Below are positions 8,414 through 19,276 of a DNA stretch of 64,000 nt, in pieces. The notes below the pieces were generated by a model. That model saw only the letters and a list, made by a program, of their open reading frames with translations, did no database searches and had not been told where the DNA came from. Origin of the DNA: a virus (lineage: Duplodnaviria; Caudoviricetes). How positions within the stretch are numbered: the first letter of the stretch is position 1; the number at the start of each line of letters is the position of its first letter. The translations under genes and the position numbers were made by a program. The stretch spans positions 160,001-224,000 of IMG/VR virus record IMGVR_UViG_3300031555_004524. One strand, given 5' to 3'.

Positions 8414-11400
8414 ATGGCCACGAATGCAATTAAATATCTTTCTAATGTTGGAAAATCTATAATGTATTCATCTGTAGACGTTATTAAGAATGCAAATCCA
8501 GCTATTACTGGTTTTGCTGATACAAATTCAGATGTATTAAAAAGTTCATATACTGCAATTACACATTTAAAAGATACTATGAATAAAAGCAAAACAGCAG
8601 TATTGGAAAGTAAATATGGTGAAGTTGGTAAAAAAGCTATAAAAAATATTTATAGTGATTTACAAACAGGTAAATTTTATAACAGAGAAAGAATTGATAA
8701 AGCTGAATCAGAAGCTGCAGCTAGAATAATGGGCGATATGGATTTTGACATTCAGGTCGATATGGGCGATAGTTCTTTTGATGTGGGTGATGATTCTACG
8801 AGAGCTACTTTAGAAATGATGGATACAGTAGGCGAAAAAACTTCAACTGCGATATCTGCAGTGGTAGCTAGATCTGCTGAATATGTAGTAAATTCAAATG
8901 CTCAGATGAATAGAGCTATGTACGAGCAGAATAAAGCTATATTCTCCCATTTGCATACTGGGATGAATACTATAAATACTAATTTGAGTACGCTTGTTAA
9001 ATTAGCAAGTGGTCCAATGCAAACTCATTTTACTAATTCTACTCAGTTCTATGAAAATCAAACAAAATTGATGCAAGAGCAGAATAGTATGATTAAAGAA
9101 ATTTTAGAAATACAGAAAGAGCTGCACAAACCAGAAAAATCTGTATCATCTAGTAGTAAAAGAATTACTATGTCTGATATATTGGATTCTAATGGAATGC
9201 CTAATCTTGAAACCTACTTTCAAAAAATAAAACAAAATGCTAAGAAAATGGGATCTGGTTCAGGTGCAATGTTAGACTTCATGTTTGAGTCAGGTGCTAT
9301 CGAAAGTATTATAGCATCTCCATTACAAGGCGTAAGCAATCTTATTGCTAAGAAATTAATACCAAGTATGCTTACAAGCGCAATGGAAGAATTTAATAAA
9401 TCTTTAACAGGATTATTTCCTGCTATGATATCTAAATTAAATAATTATGAAGGATTCAATCCAGTTGTTGATTTCTTTAAGAATTTACTTGGAGTTGAAA
9501 CTGCTAAATTTGGAGGAATAAATACTGCTGATTATGAAAAAGGTAGAGTTCCTTTTGATGGTATTACTAGAAAATCTATCATTGAAGTAATACCTACGTA
9601 CTTAGCTAGGATTGAATCTGCTTTAACAGGGAGACCAGAAACACGATATGATTATCATTCTGGTAAATTTATAAGCACTTCAAAAATATCTAAACAGTTA
9701 AAAGATATGGATAAAAATGCTCATAAAATGGCATCTTCTGATATAGAGTCATATATAAATGATATGGTATATTATATGAATCTTTCTAAAGAAGATTCTA
9801 AACAATTTCAGAAAGATTTAGATGCTATATTAAGTAAATCATTTCATGATGGTAAATTATTTAGTCCTAAAAATGCGAGTGCTAAGAAATATGGTTTAAA
9901 AGGTGGAAAGCGATCTGATATGAATATTCAGATAATTGCTGAAATATTCAGACAAATGCCAGATAGTATGAAAATGCAATGGTATCCTCAGATGTTTAGT
10001 GCTAAAGATCAGCATTATGAGAAAATGTCTAAATTAAATGAGGGTGGAGATAGCATCTTCACTGCATTATTTAACGATTCTATTGTAGTTGATAAAAAAT
10101 CTTCTAATAAAAATGATAGTGCCACATCTCCTCGAAATATTTTAATTAATATCCATAATGAAGTGAAAATGATCAGAAAATCTTTATTAGCGGATATTCC
10201 TAGAGAAGTTGACGCTAAATTAAAGAACTCTGGTTATTGTGACTATAAAAGAATGGAAAAAATGACATTGCAAACATATCTAACCAATGTCAAAAGAATA
10301 TCTCCAGTAGAAGCAGAGATGAAACAGAGGTTATGGGAAAAAGCTAGAGGTTCTAAAACGGCTACCGTTGAGGAAACAAAAGTGAAACAGACTGCTAAAG
10401 AAATGGTAGCAGATGCTAAAAAGAAAAAAGAAGATAGTGATAGTATTGTAAATTCTACATTATTTGATCAATTCATGGAGTCTGATTTAGCTAGCGATAA
10501 ATTTAAAACAATTGTAAATGGTATGAGGGGGTTAGCAAATGCTCCTGTGCGATCTATTGCTAATATCGTTAAAGCAGCTGATCATGCTTTATACACTGCT
10601 ATTTTTGGATTAGATACAGATGATTCTGAAGACAAGAATATGAAACAAAAAGGTCTTTTAGGCACAATGCATGATGGTCTTAAAGACTCTTTTTCTAAAT
10701 TTAAACATTGGTTGGATGATAACGTATTAATACCAATTACTCGTTTTTTAAATAAAGATTTATTTAAAGAAAAATATGATCAAGTAATGGAAGGATTAGG
10801 GTTAGATACCAAAACAGTTGTTTCTAAGGCTAAAACTAAATTATTTGGTAAAAAAGATGAATTTGGTAGATTAATTGAGGAAGGTGCATTAACTGATTTC
10901 ACTACCAGATTTGGTAATACTGTAAAAAGTGCTGGCGGGTATGTAAAAGATACAGTAGTTGATGCAGCTGATGTGTTAGAATTAACTAAAAAGAAAAACG
11001 CTTCTGGTAAACAGAAAGATATTGTTAATAAAGCTATTTATCAAATTATGAGAGATACTCGTGATAGCGGAGTTGCTGAAATAGAAAATGCTGCTACTGG
11101 TATTAAGCGAGTTGCAAAAACTGGAGTAGTTGCAGTATCTGAAGGTGAAATGATTGTACCTGCTTCTTTGAATCCTTTTAATGTAGCAAAAAATATAAAA
11201 GCTGAAAATAAGGCTAAAGAGAAATTTGCAAGAAGTTTTGGTGTTAGCTCAAACATACCTGGATATGCTACTGGAACTGCTAAAGTAGATTTAGACGATA
11301 AATCTGCAAGAAGTGCAGCTCATATTAGAAGTATGATTAAAAATGGTAGAGCTGATAAAATAACTGCATTTATAAACAGATTACCTAAGGAAGAGAAAGC

Positions 11401-14400
11401 GAAATATAGAAAGCTTGTAGCAGACGCTGTTCAAGATCTCTCTAAAGATGATTATGAAGAAGGTCGAGATCAAAGTATTTTTGGTAAATCAGTTACATTG
11501 TTGCTTGAAGAAACTATAAAAGCTAGTAAAACTATATCTGATTATGCTAAAAGTATGGTTCCTGTGAATGAAGAACAAGCTGAAAAAGAAAAAGCAAGTA
11601 TAACAACTACTGTTTTTAAAGAAATGAAAAAATACTTCCCAGAAATAGCTGCAGGTGGAGTTATTGGTGGAGGAGTATCTTTAATAACTGGTGCTATAGG
11701 AGGTCCTTTATTAGGAGCTGTTGTTGGTGCTGGAGTTTCATTGTTAAAACATAGTGAAAATACTAGACAAATTGTATTTGGAGAAAAAACAGAAGAAGGT
11801 AGAAAAGGTGGATTTGTTCCATCTAAAGTCGTAGATCTTATGGAAAAATATGCTCCAAATATGGTTAAAGGTGGTATATTAGGAGCTATTACTTCTATGA
11901 TACCTGGAATACCTGGTGGACCATTAGCTGGAATTATCTTTGGTTCTGCTGTAGGATTTGCTTCTAAAAATGAAAAAATTCAAGAAGCATTATTTGGTAC
12001 AGAAGATAAAAAAGGTCTGCTTCCTAAAAATATGATGGAAAGGGTAAAGAAAGTTTTACCTAAAATGGGAGCTGGAGCTTTAGCTGGAGCGTTAATTGGA
12101 CCTTTTGGATTAACTACAAATATTGTATTAGGGTCTGCTATTGGATTAGCTACTGAAACTAATACATTTAAAGATATAATATTTGGAGTTGAAGGCGAAG
12201 ATGGTAAACGTACTGGTGGATGGATTCAGAAAACTTTAGATGCTACTATAGGTAGACTCAAAAATGCTGCTGATCCTATAAAGAAACAGTTCGAAATAAT
12301 GGCTAAAGGGACTATAGGATTTTTTAAAGATCAATTGAATAAGATTTTAAAGGATCATCTTGGGGCTCCATTAGATAAATTAATGAAAGCTATAACTGAT
12401 CCTATAAAGAAATTATTCGGTGGATTTATAAAAGGATTACTTGCTCCTATTACTGGAATTATAACACTACCTTTTAAAGCAGTGGAAGGAATAGGTAATT
12501 CTTTTAGAAAAAGACAAATTGCCAGAGGCCAGGATGATTATGATACTGCTGAACAGCGTTTATTATTCCGTAAAAAGCGAAGAAGAAAACGTGATATATT
12601 TGACCCTAGAGCTAAGAGATTTCAACGTTATGATGAAGCTATGGTTAATATGTCTTCTGGAGATATTACTAGCACTCTGAATATTTTGAAAGAACTTCAA
12701 GGTGCTGGAGGGGACCTATACAATCCAGAATTATTAGAAGGTCTGAGAAATCAGTTTAGAGTAAACGTTCAGGAAAATACTAAGCTTAACTATAGACAAA
12801 CTGAAAAAATTGGTAAGTTTATGCATAAAGCTATGTCTGAATCAAAATCTGCTGATGAAATGGCTGGAAAAATTAATAGATATATTGCTGGGTTGGATTT
12901 ATCTGAGGCGGATAGAAAAGTTATTTCATCTTCATCTAATAAATTATTAGCTGGAATTCGTGAACGTGAATTAAGACGCGATAAATTAATATCAAATAAA
13001 TCTGATATTTTAAAAGGTATTGGTGGATATGGTATTAATATTGAGGATGAAAAAGATATTCCTAATCTTATTAAATTATTAGAGAGACAGCTTACTGCTC
13101 AAAAAGAAAAAGAAGATAAATATAATGCTGACCATCCACAAGAAAAACAACTTGAGCAAGACAAAACTCAGCATACTGAAACAATAGAGCATGTTAAAAC
13201 TATTGAAGAAACTCTTATAGATATTCTTAAAACTATAAGAGAATTATATTCTACACCTATATTAGGAAATGGCAGCGAAAATTATGATGAATATGCTGAG
13301 TCTATTGAAAATGAAACATTCCATAGGCTTAAACGTGCTCGAAGACCTGCATATAGGGCTGTAAAAGGTGGAATAAAAGATGCTAAATCTTTACGTATAG
13401 CCAGAAAAGCAGCTAGAAATGAAGCTAATGTTGGTGCTAGAAATATTGTATTTGGGAATAAAACAATCGATCATAAAAATACAGATGCATATGATATATT
13501 TACAGGGGAAAAATTATCTCATGATGCTAGAGACAAATATGCAAGATTACAAAAAGAAATGGGAGAAAAACACCCTAGTTGGAAAATACCTAATGCTGCT
13601 ACTGGAACTGATAATGTTGAACAATCAGGTTTAGCTGTAGTATCAGAAGGCGAATCTATTGTATCTGCAGATCTCAATCCTTCTAATAAAACTGCTGAGG
13701 CTATGCTTGAGAGGGATAATATAATAACCAGAGCAAAAAAAGCTGCTCAGAAAGCAAAGAATGCTATATATACTTTCGTTAAAGGTAAACCTGTTCGTTA
13801 TATTAAAGATAGTACAGGTAAACTTTCTGTTGATAAATCTGACGCTGATACTGCTAGTACATTAGATGCAATAGAGAAAGAAGAAAAGCAGCAAAATACT
13901 ATCTGGTCAACTTTAACTGGATTTGTAACTGGTATAGGTGGTGGAATTAAATCCTTATTTAAATTGGGTGAAGAAGCAGAAGAAGATGAAGATGGTAATT
14001 TATTTACTAAATTATTAGGAAAAGTCGGCTTATCTGCAGGGATAGCTTTAGGATTGCCATTATTTACAGGTATTTGGACAAAAGATATTTGGCCTAAGAT
14101 TCAACCTGTATTCGAAGGAATATTCCCAAATCTTAGTTCAGATTTAGGAAACGTATTCAATACTGCGATGGATAGAATAACTGACTGGTTAACTGGTACT
14201 GGTAAAAGTGAAGGCAAAGGGCTTCCAATGGTACTTGACTATCTTGTAAATAGATGGGGATATGGTTTTAGTGTTATTATGGAAAAGGTAGTTCCAAAAG
14301 CTGCCGAAATCATTATAACTGCATTACCATCAATATTAAAGGGAGTTGTAACTGGTATTGGTAAAGTATTAGGTACTACTATCACTTCAATATTTGGTAA

Positions 14401-17400
14401 AAATAAAGACACTAAACCGGAAGATGTATCTGATGATATATTTAGAGATACCTCATCAGCTACAAATAGTGTATTAGCATCATTAAGTGGATCTAGTTCT
14501 ACTATAAAACCGTTGATGGAGTCAACAAGTTTTCCTGATTTAAGTAACTGGAATTATAATGCATCATCTTTTACAAATCTTGTTAACAGCGGATCACATT
14601 CATCGCAAGATTTAGCAGAAGTTAATTATATTGCTAATACACTTGGTAAGGACTATAAAGATATCAATAAGGATGATTATGGTATAACTGCCCAAGGAAC
14701 AGTATATAGAAAAATTTCTGATGAAGAGCGTGATGCTAATAGTGAAAGATTTATTCATAGAACAACTTTGGGAGAAGGTTTAGCAAAAACTGCAGGAAAA
14801 GCTTTCTTAAAAGGAAGAGGATACAGTACAATTTTAGGTAAAACTGGAAAAGCAATGTCTAAAGTTCCAAATGGAATATTTAAGATGCTTGGAGGAGGTT
14901 TAAGTGCTGCAGACGATGTTGTAACTGGGGCTGGAAAACTTGGTAGTAGAGTTTTACCTGGAAATGCAATATTTGGTATGAATCATGCCACAGATGCTGC
15001 TAAATCAGGCGGTAGACTTAGTAGATTTTTATCAACAGCAAAAGCTGGTGTTAAAGATTTTGTTACTGGCAGAGATACAGTAGATGTTTTGATAGGATCT
15101 ACAGGACCAAGTGTAGCAGACAATATTTATATGACAACTACAAGGTCAGATGCTCTTAGAAGAGGATTTATCGAAGGTGCAGATTTCGCTGTAACAAAAC
15201 AGACTGCTACTTCTAAAATAGCATCAAAAGTAAGTGGTACTGCTAGCAAAGTAATCTCAAAAGTTGACAATAGTGTAGTTGGACGTGTTGCTAAGCACAT
15301 TACAGAATCAATTTCTAAATTATTTAGTAATAGTAAAGTTATAGGTAAATTTGGAAGCGTTATAAAATCTTTAGGTTCTAGTATGACCAAAGAAGCAGCA
15401 GAGAAATCTGCTAAAGAATTTGGTGAAAAAGTAACAGCTAAATTGGTTGAACAAGCTGGAGAAACTATAGCTAAAAGTGCTGGAAAAGCATCTGCTAAAT
15501 TAGCATCTGGTTTATTAACTGCTGGAATTATAAATGTGGCGTTTGGAGTAACTGCATTTATAAGAGGGTTTAATAATCCAAATGATTATTTGGGAGTAGC
15601 AAATGATGTATCAGAACCATCATTATTTGCAAGATTATCAGCTGCTGTTGTATCTGCATTGAACGAATTCTGTTGTTTAGGTTTAATACCTATAGATACA
15701 ATTGTAAATATAGCATTACCTATTCTTCAGGGTATACCAGCATTTTCTAAATTTACTACAAATATTATTGAAGATAGAGAAGCATCGAATGATTTAGTAT
15801 CAGAGTTTAATGCTAAACACGGTACAAATTTTAGTGTTGAAGAATACAACAAAGTTATGAAGAATAAGAAACGTAATAGTTTCATATCTTCTATTATAGG
15901 TCAGAAAGATTATATCGATGATGATGGAACTTATGTTAAAGCTTCTGACGGAATAGTGCAAAAAGCTGGAAAAACTTTATTTGGAAATAAAGAAACTGGT
16001 CAAAAGAATATTGTATCTAATTTTGTTGAATCTGCTAAAGCTTCTTGGAATTGGGCATTGGGTAAATCTAATGAGACTGCATATGATATTGCAAACAGAG
16101 CAGATCAAGACGATCCAAATGCATTTATTCTTAGAATATCTGGAAAAGTTACAGATACAATGCTTACTCCTGTTCGCGGGGTAGTAAATATAGGTAAAAC
16201 TATCTGGGAAAAAGCAGAACCAGTATTCAGAAGTGCTGTTAATATATTAAAACAATTTGGTTCAGATGCCTCAAATGGTATAAAAGATCTGTGGAGAGGG
16301 GATATTAATAGTTATTTATCCATACCTACAGATGCGGAAGGTAATCCATTATCTCCATATAGAATATTTATGCGAACCGCATCTAGAGTATTATTATCAC
16401 CTATAGCTGGATTTATATTCCTTGGCGGTAGAATAAAAGATGCAGTCGTATCAGTTGTTAATGGAGCAAAACAGGTAATACCTAATGTAATAAATAGTGA
16501 AGCTACATTAATTTCAAATGCTTTCACAGGTCAAGCTAGCTTTTCTGATTTATTTACAAAAAGATATGAATCTGATGGAACAGGTCCAGTTTCATGGGTT
16601 ACTACAGCATTGAGAGGAGTTGCTAGAACAGTAACAGCTCCAATTGCTGGTATTGGTATGATTGGAAGTTCTATTGGTAAATTAATATCTCCATTGTTAG
16701 AAGGCGGAAAAACTGCAGCATCTATGATATCTGATGAAGCTACCAGATTAAATACTTTTATGGATAAAACTAATCTTGAAGGTTATTGGGCGGATTCTAC
16801 TGATACTAGCAATAAAGGTATTATAGGGGGATTTGCATCCATTATAAATTCTGCAATGCGTCTGATATTATTCCCTGTTATTGGGGTTAAACAGATGATC
16901 AATGAAGTTGGAGGACTTATTGATAACCTTGGCGATGGTATTAAAAATGGTTGGAACAAATTTAAAAGTTGGTTCTTTGGTGATGATTTAGCTCAAGATG
17001 GAACTGTTCAATATAGTGGAAGCAGTTCTGGAATTTTTAGAGGTAGAGGATTTGTTTCTCAAATGGACCCTAAATATTCAAATATACAGATGGGTAATAA
17101 TGAATCATTTAGTCAGGCTGGATGTGCACCTGCATCTGCATATATGATTACAGACGGTACTGAAAAGGAAGCTGATGGTTTAAGAGAAGCAGCAGCTCTT
17201 GCTAGAAAATATCAGAATAAAAACGGTGTAAGCTCAGAATACTTTGGGCATTATTTTAAGAAAAAAGGATTAGATTCTAGATATGTATCTTCTTCTAATG
17301 ATATTACAAGTAGTTTATTATCTGGTGATCAGGTAGTATTAGGAGGTCAGAATGCATCAAATACTTCTAAAGCTAAGTCTCCGTTTGGACCTGGTGGACA

Positions 17401-19198
17401 CTATGTAGTAGCTAACGGTATAACAGAAGATGGAAAATACATACAGATCAATGACCCAGAAGCATCTGAACCTAATAAACTTTATCCTTCTAGAGAAATA
17501 TTAAAATCAACTAAAGTTGGTATTGCTGCTGGAAGAGGAACTGGAATATTGTTTAAAGGTAAAGGAAGTGCTTTCTATGGCGGTTCAACATTACCTGGAT
17601 CTTCAACTGCTGAAAAATGTTGGAATTATCTTAAATCATGTGGATTTAGTGACGCTGCAGCTGCAGGTGTTCTTGGTAATTTAAAAGCGGAATCTGGAGT
17701 AGATCCTACCAGATTACAGAATGGTAAAGGTCCAGCTGCTGGTATTTGTCAATGGGAAACTTATGGAAAATCTAATACTCGTTGGGGAAAAATGGCAGCA
17801 TTGGCTAAATCTAAAGGAAGACCTTGGACAGATTTGGAAAGCCAGTTACAGTTTATGATTTCAGAACTTCCAGCAAACTTCAAATCGTATACTGGTAAAA
17901 CTTATACTTATTCTAACGGAACTAAGACTTGGTGGCCAGTTAAAATGACATTGGAAGATTTCAAGAAGTTGAATGATGTAGCTAAAGCTACAGAAATCTT
18001 TGAACGTGTATTTGAACGTCCAAGTAAACCTCACAGAGCTAAACGTATTTCATATGCTCAGCAGTATTATAATCAGTTTTCTGGCAAGTATACTCCTGTA
18101 ACAGGTATATCATCGGCAGATGGATATAGCGAGTCATCAGCTTCAACTGGTTCAGTCTTAGATCAATTATTAGGTGTATGGGACACTATGGCAGGTGCAT
18201 ATGGTTTAACTAAAGCTGGAGCTTCAGAATCAAATGTATCTGAAGTAATTGGTACCGGAGGAGTTGGAAATGCAACTCAACAGGACCTCGTTAAAACTAT
18301 GCAGTCTAAAGAGGGTAAACTTAAATATTCTATGAGTGGTCCACGAAATCCAGACAAAGGTTCAGCAGACTGTTCATCTACGGTAAACTGGGCGTATAAA
18401 AAAGTTACTGGAGTTGACGTTGGAAATAGTACACCTGCAATGTATAATAATAAGAATACTACAACGGTAGATACAGGAAATGGATCTAAGTCATCAAAAC
18501 CTGATGAATCTAAATTACAACCTGGTGATTTATTATTATACTGGAGAGACTGGTCTAAACATAGAGCCCCTGACGGTGTTGGGCATGTTGAAATGTATAT
18601 AGGAAATGGTAAGCAAATTGGGCATGGTGGCGGAAAAGGACCTAAGACTAAAAATCTAGGAGGTAACTTCCTAAGAGCTAGACGACTCAATAAGTTTATG
18701 GGCAAAGGCTCAGAAATGTTTAGTGGAAAAGGCGTTGGAAGTAGTATTGTTAGATATGGCAAAGGTTCTAGTGCATCTAATGCATCATTATCATCATCTT
18801 CAGTATTATATTCTAATACAACATCAGCAACTGTTCCTACATCGTCATACAGTACAACTTCATCATCTTCTTCTGGAATGACATTGCTTCCTATGGGAGT
18901 TTCATCATCAAATGGAACAGTTTCATATACAGCAGAATTGATGAATATTGTAGCATTACTTACAAAAGTTGTAGATAATACATCATTATTACAATCAATT
19001 GTATCAGTATTGACAGAAGTGCTTGGTATTATGAGTGAAGAAGTGGAAGCTAAGAAATCAAATAATAAGAGTAAATTAGAGCAATTGCAAGCTAAGAAAC
19101 AAAGTTTATTTAATACCCTTGGTTCCATGACTTCTGGTTCAGGTAATGATCAAATAGCACTACTTATTAAAAATGCTGAGAAATTAGCTAAAGCATAG
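8414..19198 (+). CDS. giant tape-measure-like tail protein with C-terminal C39-like peptidase, phage tail lysozyme and NlpC/P60 domains
   Basis: 3594 aa, Gly/Ala-rich helical stretches; GCAPAS..HYVV..INDP; AAAGVLGNLKAESG; DCSS..HVEMY. Confidence 0.85.
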   Translation: MATNAIKYLSNVGKSIMYSSVDVIKNANPAITGFADTNSDVLKSSYTAITHLKDTMNKSKTAVLESKYGEVGKKAIKNIYSDLQTGKFYNRERIDKAESEAAARIMGDMDFDIQVDMGDSSFDVGDDSTRATLEMMDTVGEKTSTAISAVVARSAEYVVNSNAQMNRAMYEQNKAIFSHLHTGMNTINTNLSTLVKLASGPMQTHFTNSTQFYENQTKLMQEQNSMIKEILEIQKELHKPEKSVSSSSKRITMSDILDSNGMPNLETYFQKIKQNAKKMGSGSGAMLDFMFESGAIESIIASPLQGVSNLIAKKLIPSMLTSAMEEFNKSLTGLFPAMISKLNNYEGFNPVVDFFKNLLGVETAKFGGINTADYEKGRVPFDGITRKSIIEVIPTYLARIESALTGRPETRYDYHSGKFISTSKISKQLKDMDKNAHKMASSDIESYINDMVYYMNLSKEDSKQFQKDLDAILSKSFHDGKLFSPKNASAKKYGLKGGKRSDMNIQIIAEIFRQMPDSMKMQWYPQMFSAKDQHYEKMSKLNEGGDSIFTALFNDSIVVDKKSSNKNDSATSPRNILINIHNEVKMIRKSLLADIPREVDAKLKNSGYCDYKRMEKMTLQTYLTNVKRISPVEAEMKQRLWEKARGSKTATVEETKVKQTAKEMVADAKKKKEDSDSIVNSTLFDQFMESDLASDKFKTIVNGMRGLANAPVRSIANIVKAADHALYTAIFGLDTDDSEDKNMKQKGLLGTMHDGLKDSFSKFKHWLDDNVLIPITRFLNKDLFKEKYDQVMEGLGLDTKTVVSKAKTKLFGKKDEFGRLIEEGALTDFTTRFGNTVKSAGGYVKDTVVDAADVLELTKKKNASGKQKDIVNKAIYQIMRDTRDSGVAEIENAATGIKRVAKTGVVAVSEGEMIVPASLNPFNVAKNIKAENKAKEKFARSFGVSSNIPGYATGTAKVDLDDKSARSAAHIRSMIKNGRADKITAFINRLPKEEKAKYRKLVADAVQDLSKDDYEEGRDQSIFGKSVTLLLEETIKASKTISDYAKSMVPVNEEQAEKEKASITTTVFKEMKKYFPEIAAGGVIGGGVSLITGAIGGPLLGAVVGAGVSLLKHSENTRQIVFGEKTEEGRKGGFVPSKVVDLMEKYAPNMVKGGILGAITSMIPGIPGGPLAGIIFGSAVGFASKNEKIQEALFGTEDKKGLLPKNMMERVKKVLPKMGAGALAGALIGPFGLTTNIVLGSAIGLATETNTFKDIIFGVEGEDGKRTGGWIQKTLDATIGRLKNAADPIKKQFEIMAKGTIGFFKDQLNKILKDHLGAPLDKLMKAITDPIKKLFGGFIKGLLAPITGIITLPFKAVEGIGNSFRKRQIARGQDDYDTAEQRLLFRKKRRRKRDIFDPRAKRFQRYDEAMVNMSSGDITSTLNILKELQGAGGDLYNPELLEGLRNQFRVNVQENTKLNYRQTEKIGKFMHKAMSESKSADEMAGKINRYIAGLDLSEADRKVISSSSNKLLAGIRERELRRDKLISNKSDILKGIGGYGINIEDEKDIPNLIKLLERQLTAQKEKEDKYNADHPQEKQLEQDKTQHTETIEHVKTIEETLIDILKTIRELYSTPILGNGSENYDEYAESIENETFHRLKRARRPAYRAVKGGIKDAKSLRIARKAARNEANVGARNIVFGNKTIDHKNTDAYDIFTGEKLSHDARDKYARLQKEMGEKHPSWKIPNAATGTDNVEQSGLAVVSEGESIVSADLNPSNKTAEAMLERDNIITRAKKAAQKAKNAIYTFVKGKPVRYIKDSTGKLSVDKSDADTASTLDAIEKEEKQQNTIWSTLTGFVTGIGGGIKSLFKLGEEAEEDEDGNLFTKLLGKVGLSAGIALGLPLFTGIWTKDIWPKIQPVFEGIFPNLSSDLGNVFNTAMDRITDWLTGTGKSEGKGLPMVLDYLVNRWGYGFSVIMEKVVPKAAEIIITALPSILKGVVTGIGKVLGTTITSIFGKNKDTKPEDVSDDIFRDTSSATNSVLASLSGSSSTIKPLMESTSFPDLSNWNYNASSFTNLVNSGSHSSQDLAEVNYIANTLGKDYKDINKDDYGITAQGTVYRKISDEERDANSERFIHRTTLGEGLAKTAGKAFLKGRGYSTILGKTGKAMSKVPNGIFKMLGGGLSAADDVVTGAGKLGSRVLPGNAIFGMNHATDAAKSGGRLSRFLSTAKAGVKDFVTGRDTVDVLIGSTGPSVADNIYMTTTRSDALRRGFIEGADFAVTKQTATSKIASKVSGTASKVISKVDNSVVGRVAKHITESISKLFSNSKVIGKFGSVIKSLGSSMTKEAAEKSAKEFGEKVTAKLVEQAGETIAKSAGKASAKLASGLLTAGIINVAFGVTAFIRGFNNPNDYLGVANDVSEPSLFARLSAAVVSALNEFCCLGLIPIDTIVNIALPILQGIPAFSKFTTNIIEDREASNDLVSEFNAKHGTNFSVEEYNKVMKNKKRNSFISSIIGQKDYIDDDGTYVKASDGIVQKAGKTLFGNKETGQKNIVSNFVESAKASWNWALGKSNETAYDIANRADQDDPNAFILRISGKVTDTMLTPVRGVVNIGKTIWEKAEPVFRSAVNILKQFGSDASNGIKDLWRGDINSYLSIPTDAEGNPLSPYRIFMRTASRVLLSPIAGFIFLGGRIKDAVVSVVNGAKQVIPNVINSEATLISNAFTGQASFSDLFTKRYESDGTGPVSWVTTALRGVARTVTAPIAGIGMIGSSIGKLISPLLEGGKTAASMISDEATRLNTFMDKTNLEGYWADSTDTSNKGIIGGFASIINSAMRLILFPVIGVKQMINEVGGLIDNLGDGIKNGWNKFKSWFFGDDLAQDGTVQYSGSSSGIFRGRGFVSQMDPKYSNIQMGNNESFSQAGCAPASAYMITDGTEKEADGLREAAALARKYQNKNGVSSEYFGHYFKKKGLDSRYVSSSNDITSSLLSGDQVVLGGQNASNTSKAKSPFGPGGHYVVANGITEDGKYIQINDPEASEPNKLYPSREILKSTKVGIAAGRGTGILFKGKGSAFYGGSTLPGSSTAEKCWNYLKSCGFSDAAAAGVLGNLKAESGVDPTRLQNGKGPAAGICQWETYGKSNTRWGKMAALAKSKGRPWTDLESQLQFMISELPANFKSYTGKTYTYSNGTKTWWPVKMTLEDFKKLNDVAKATEIFERVFERPSKPHRAKRISYAQQYYNQFSGKYTPVTGISSADGYSESSASTGSVLDQLLGVWDTMAGAYGLTKAGASESNVSEVIGTGGVGNATQQDLVKTMQSKEGKLKYSMSGPRNPDKGSADCSSTVNWAYKKVTGVDVGNSTPAMYNNKNTTTVDTGNGSKSSKPDESKLQPGDLLLYWRDWSKHRAPDGVGHVEMYIGNGKQIGHGGGKGPKTKNLGGNFLRARRLNKFMGKGSEMFSGKGVGSSIVRYGKGSSASNASLSSSSVLYSNTTSATVPTSSYSTTSSSSSGMTLLPMGVSSSNGTVSYTAELMNIVALLTKVVDNTSLLQSIVSVLTEVLGIMSEEVEAKKSNNKSKLEQLQAKKQSLFNTLGSMTSGSGNDQIALLIKNAEKLAKA

Positions 19199-19203
19199 AA
19201 TAA

Positions 19204-19238
19204 TTGAAGAGAAGGTCGTTAAAAGACCTTCTCTTCAA
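19204..19238 (+). terminator. hairpin terminator overlapping next promoter
   Basis: perfect 14-bp inverted repeat. Confidence 0.75.
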
Positions 19239-19248
19239 CATGCTATTA
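19237..19248 (+). promoter_or_regulatory. late promoter AACA-N6-TA
   Basis: AACA TGCTAT TA. Confidence 0.75.
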
Positions 19249-19276
19249 AAATCGTGATAGTAAAGGAGTGTCAAAT

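Noticed and set aside
18277-19128. 283-aa antisense ORF and the other nested/antisense ORFs in the track (e.g. 2021, 15127, 22648, 30589, 44461, 52797)
   Set aside because: Shadows of real genes on the other strand or frame; no RBS
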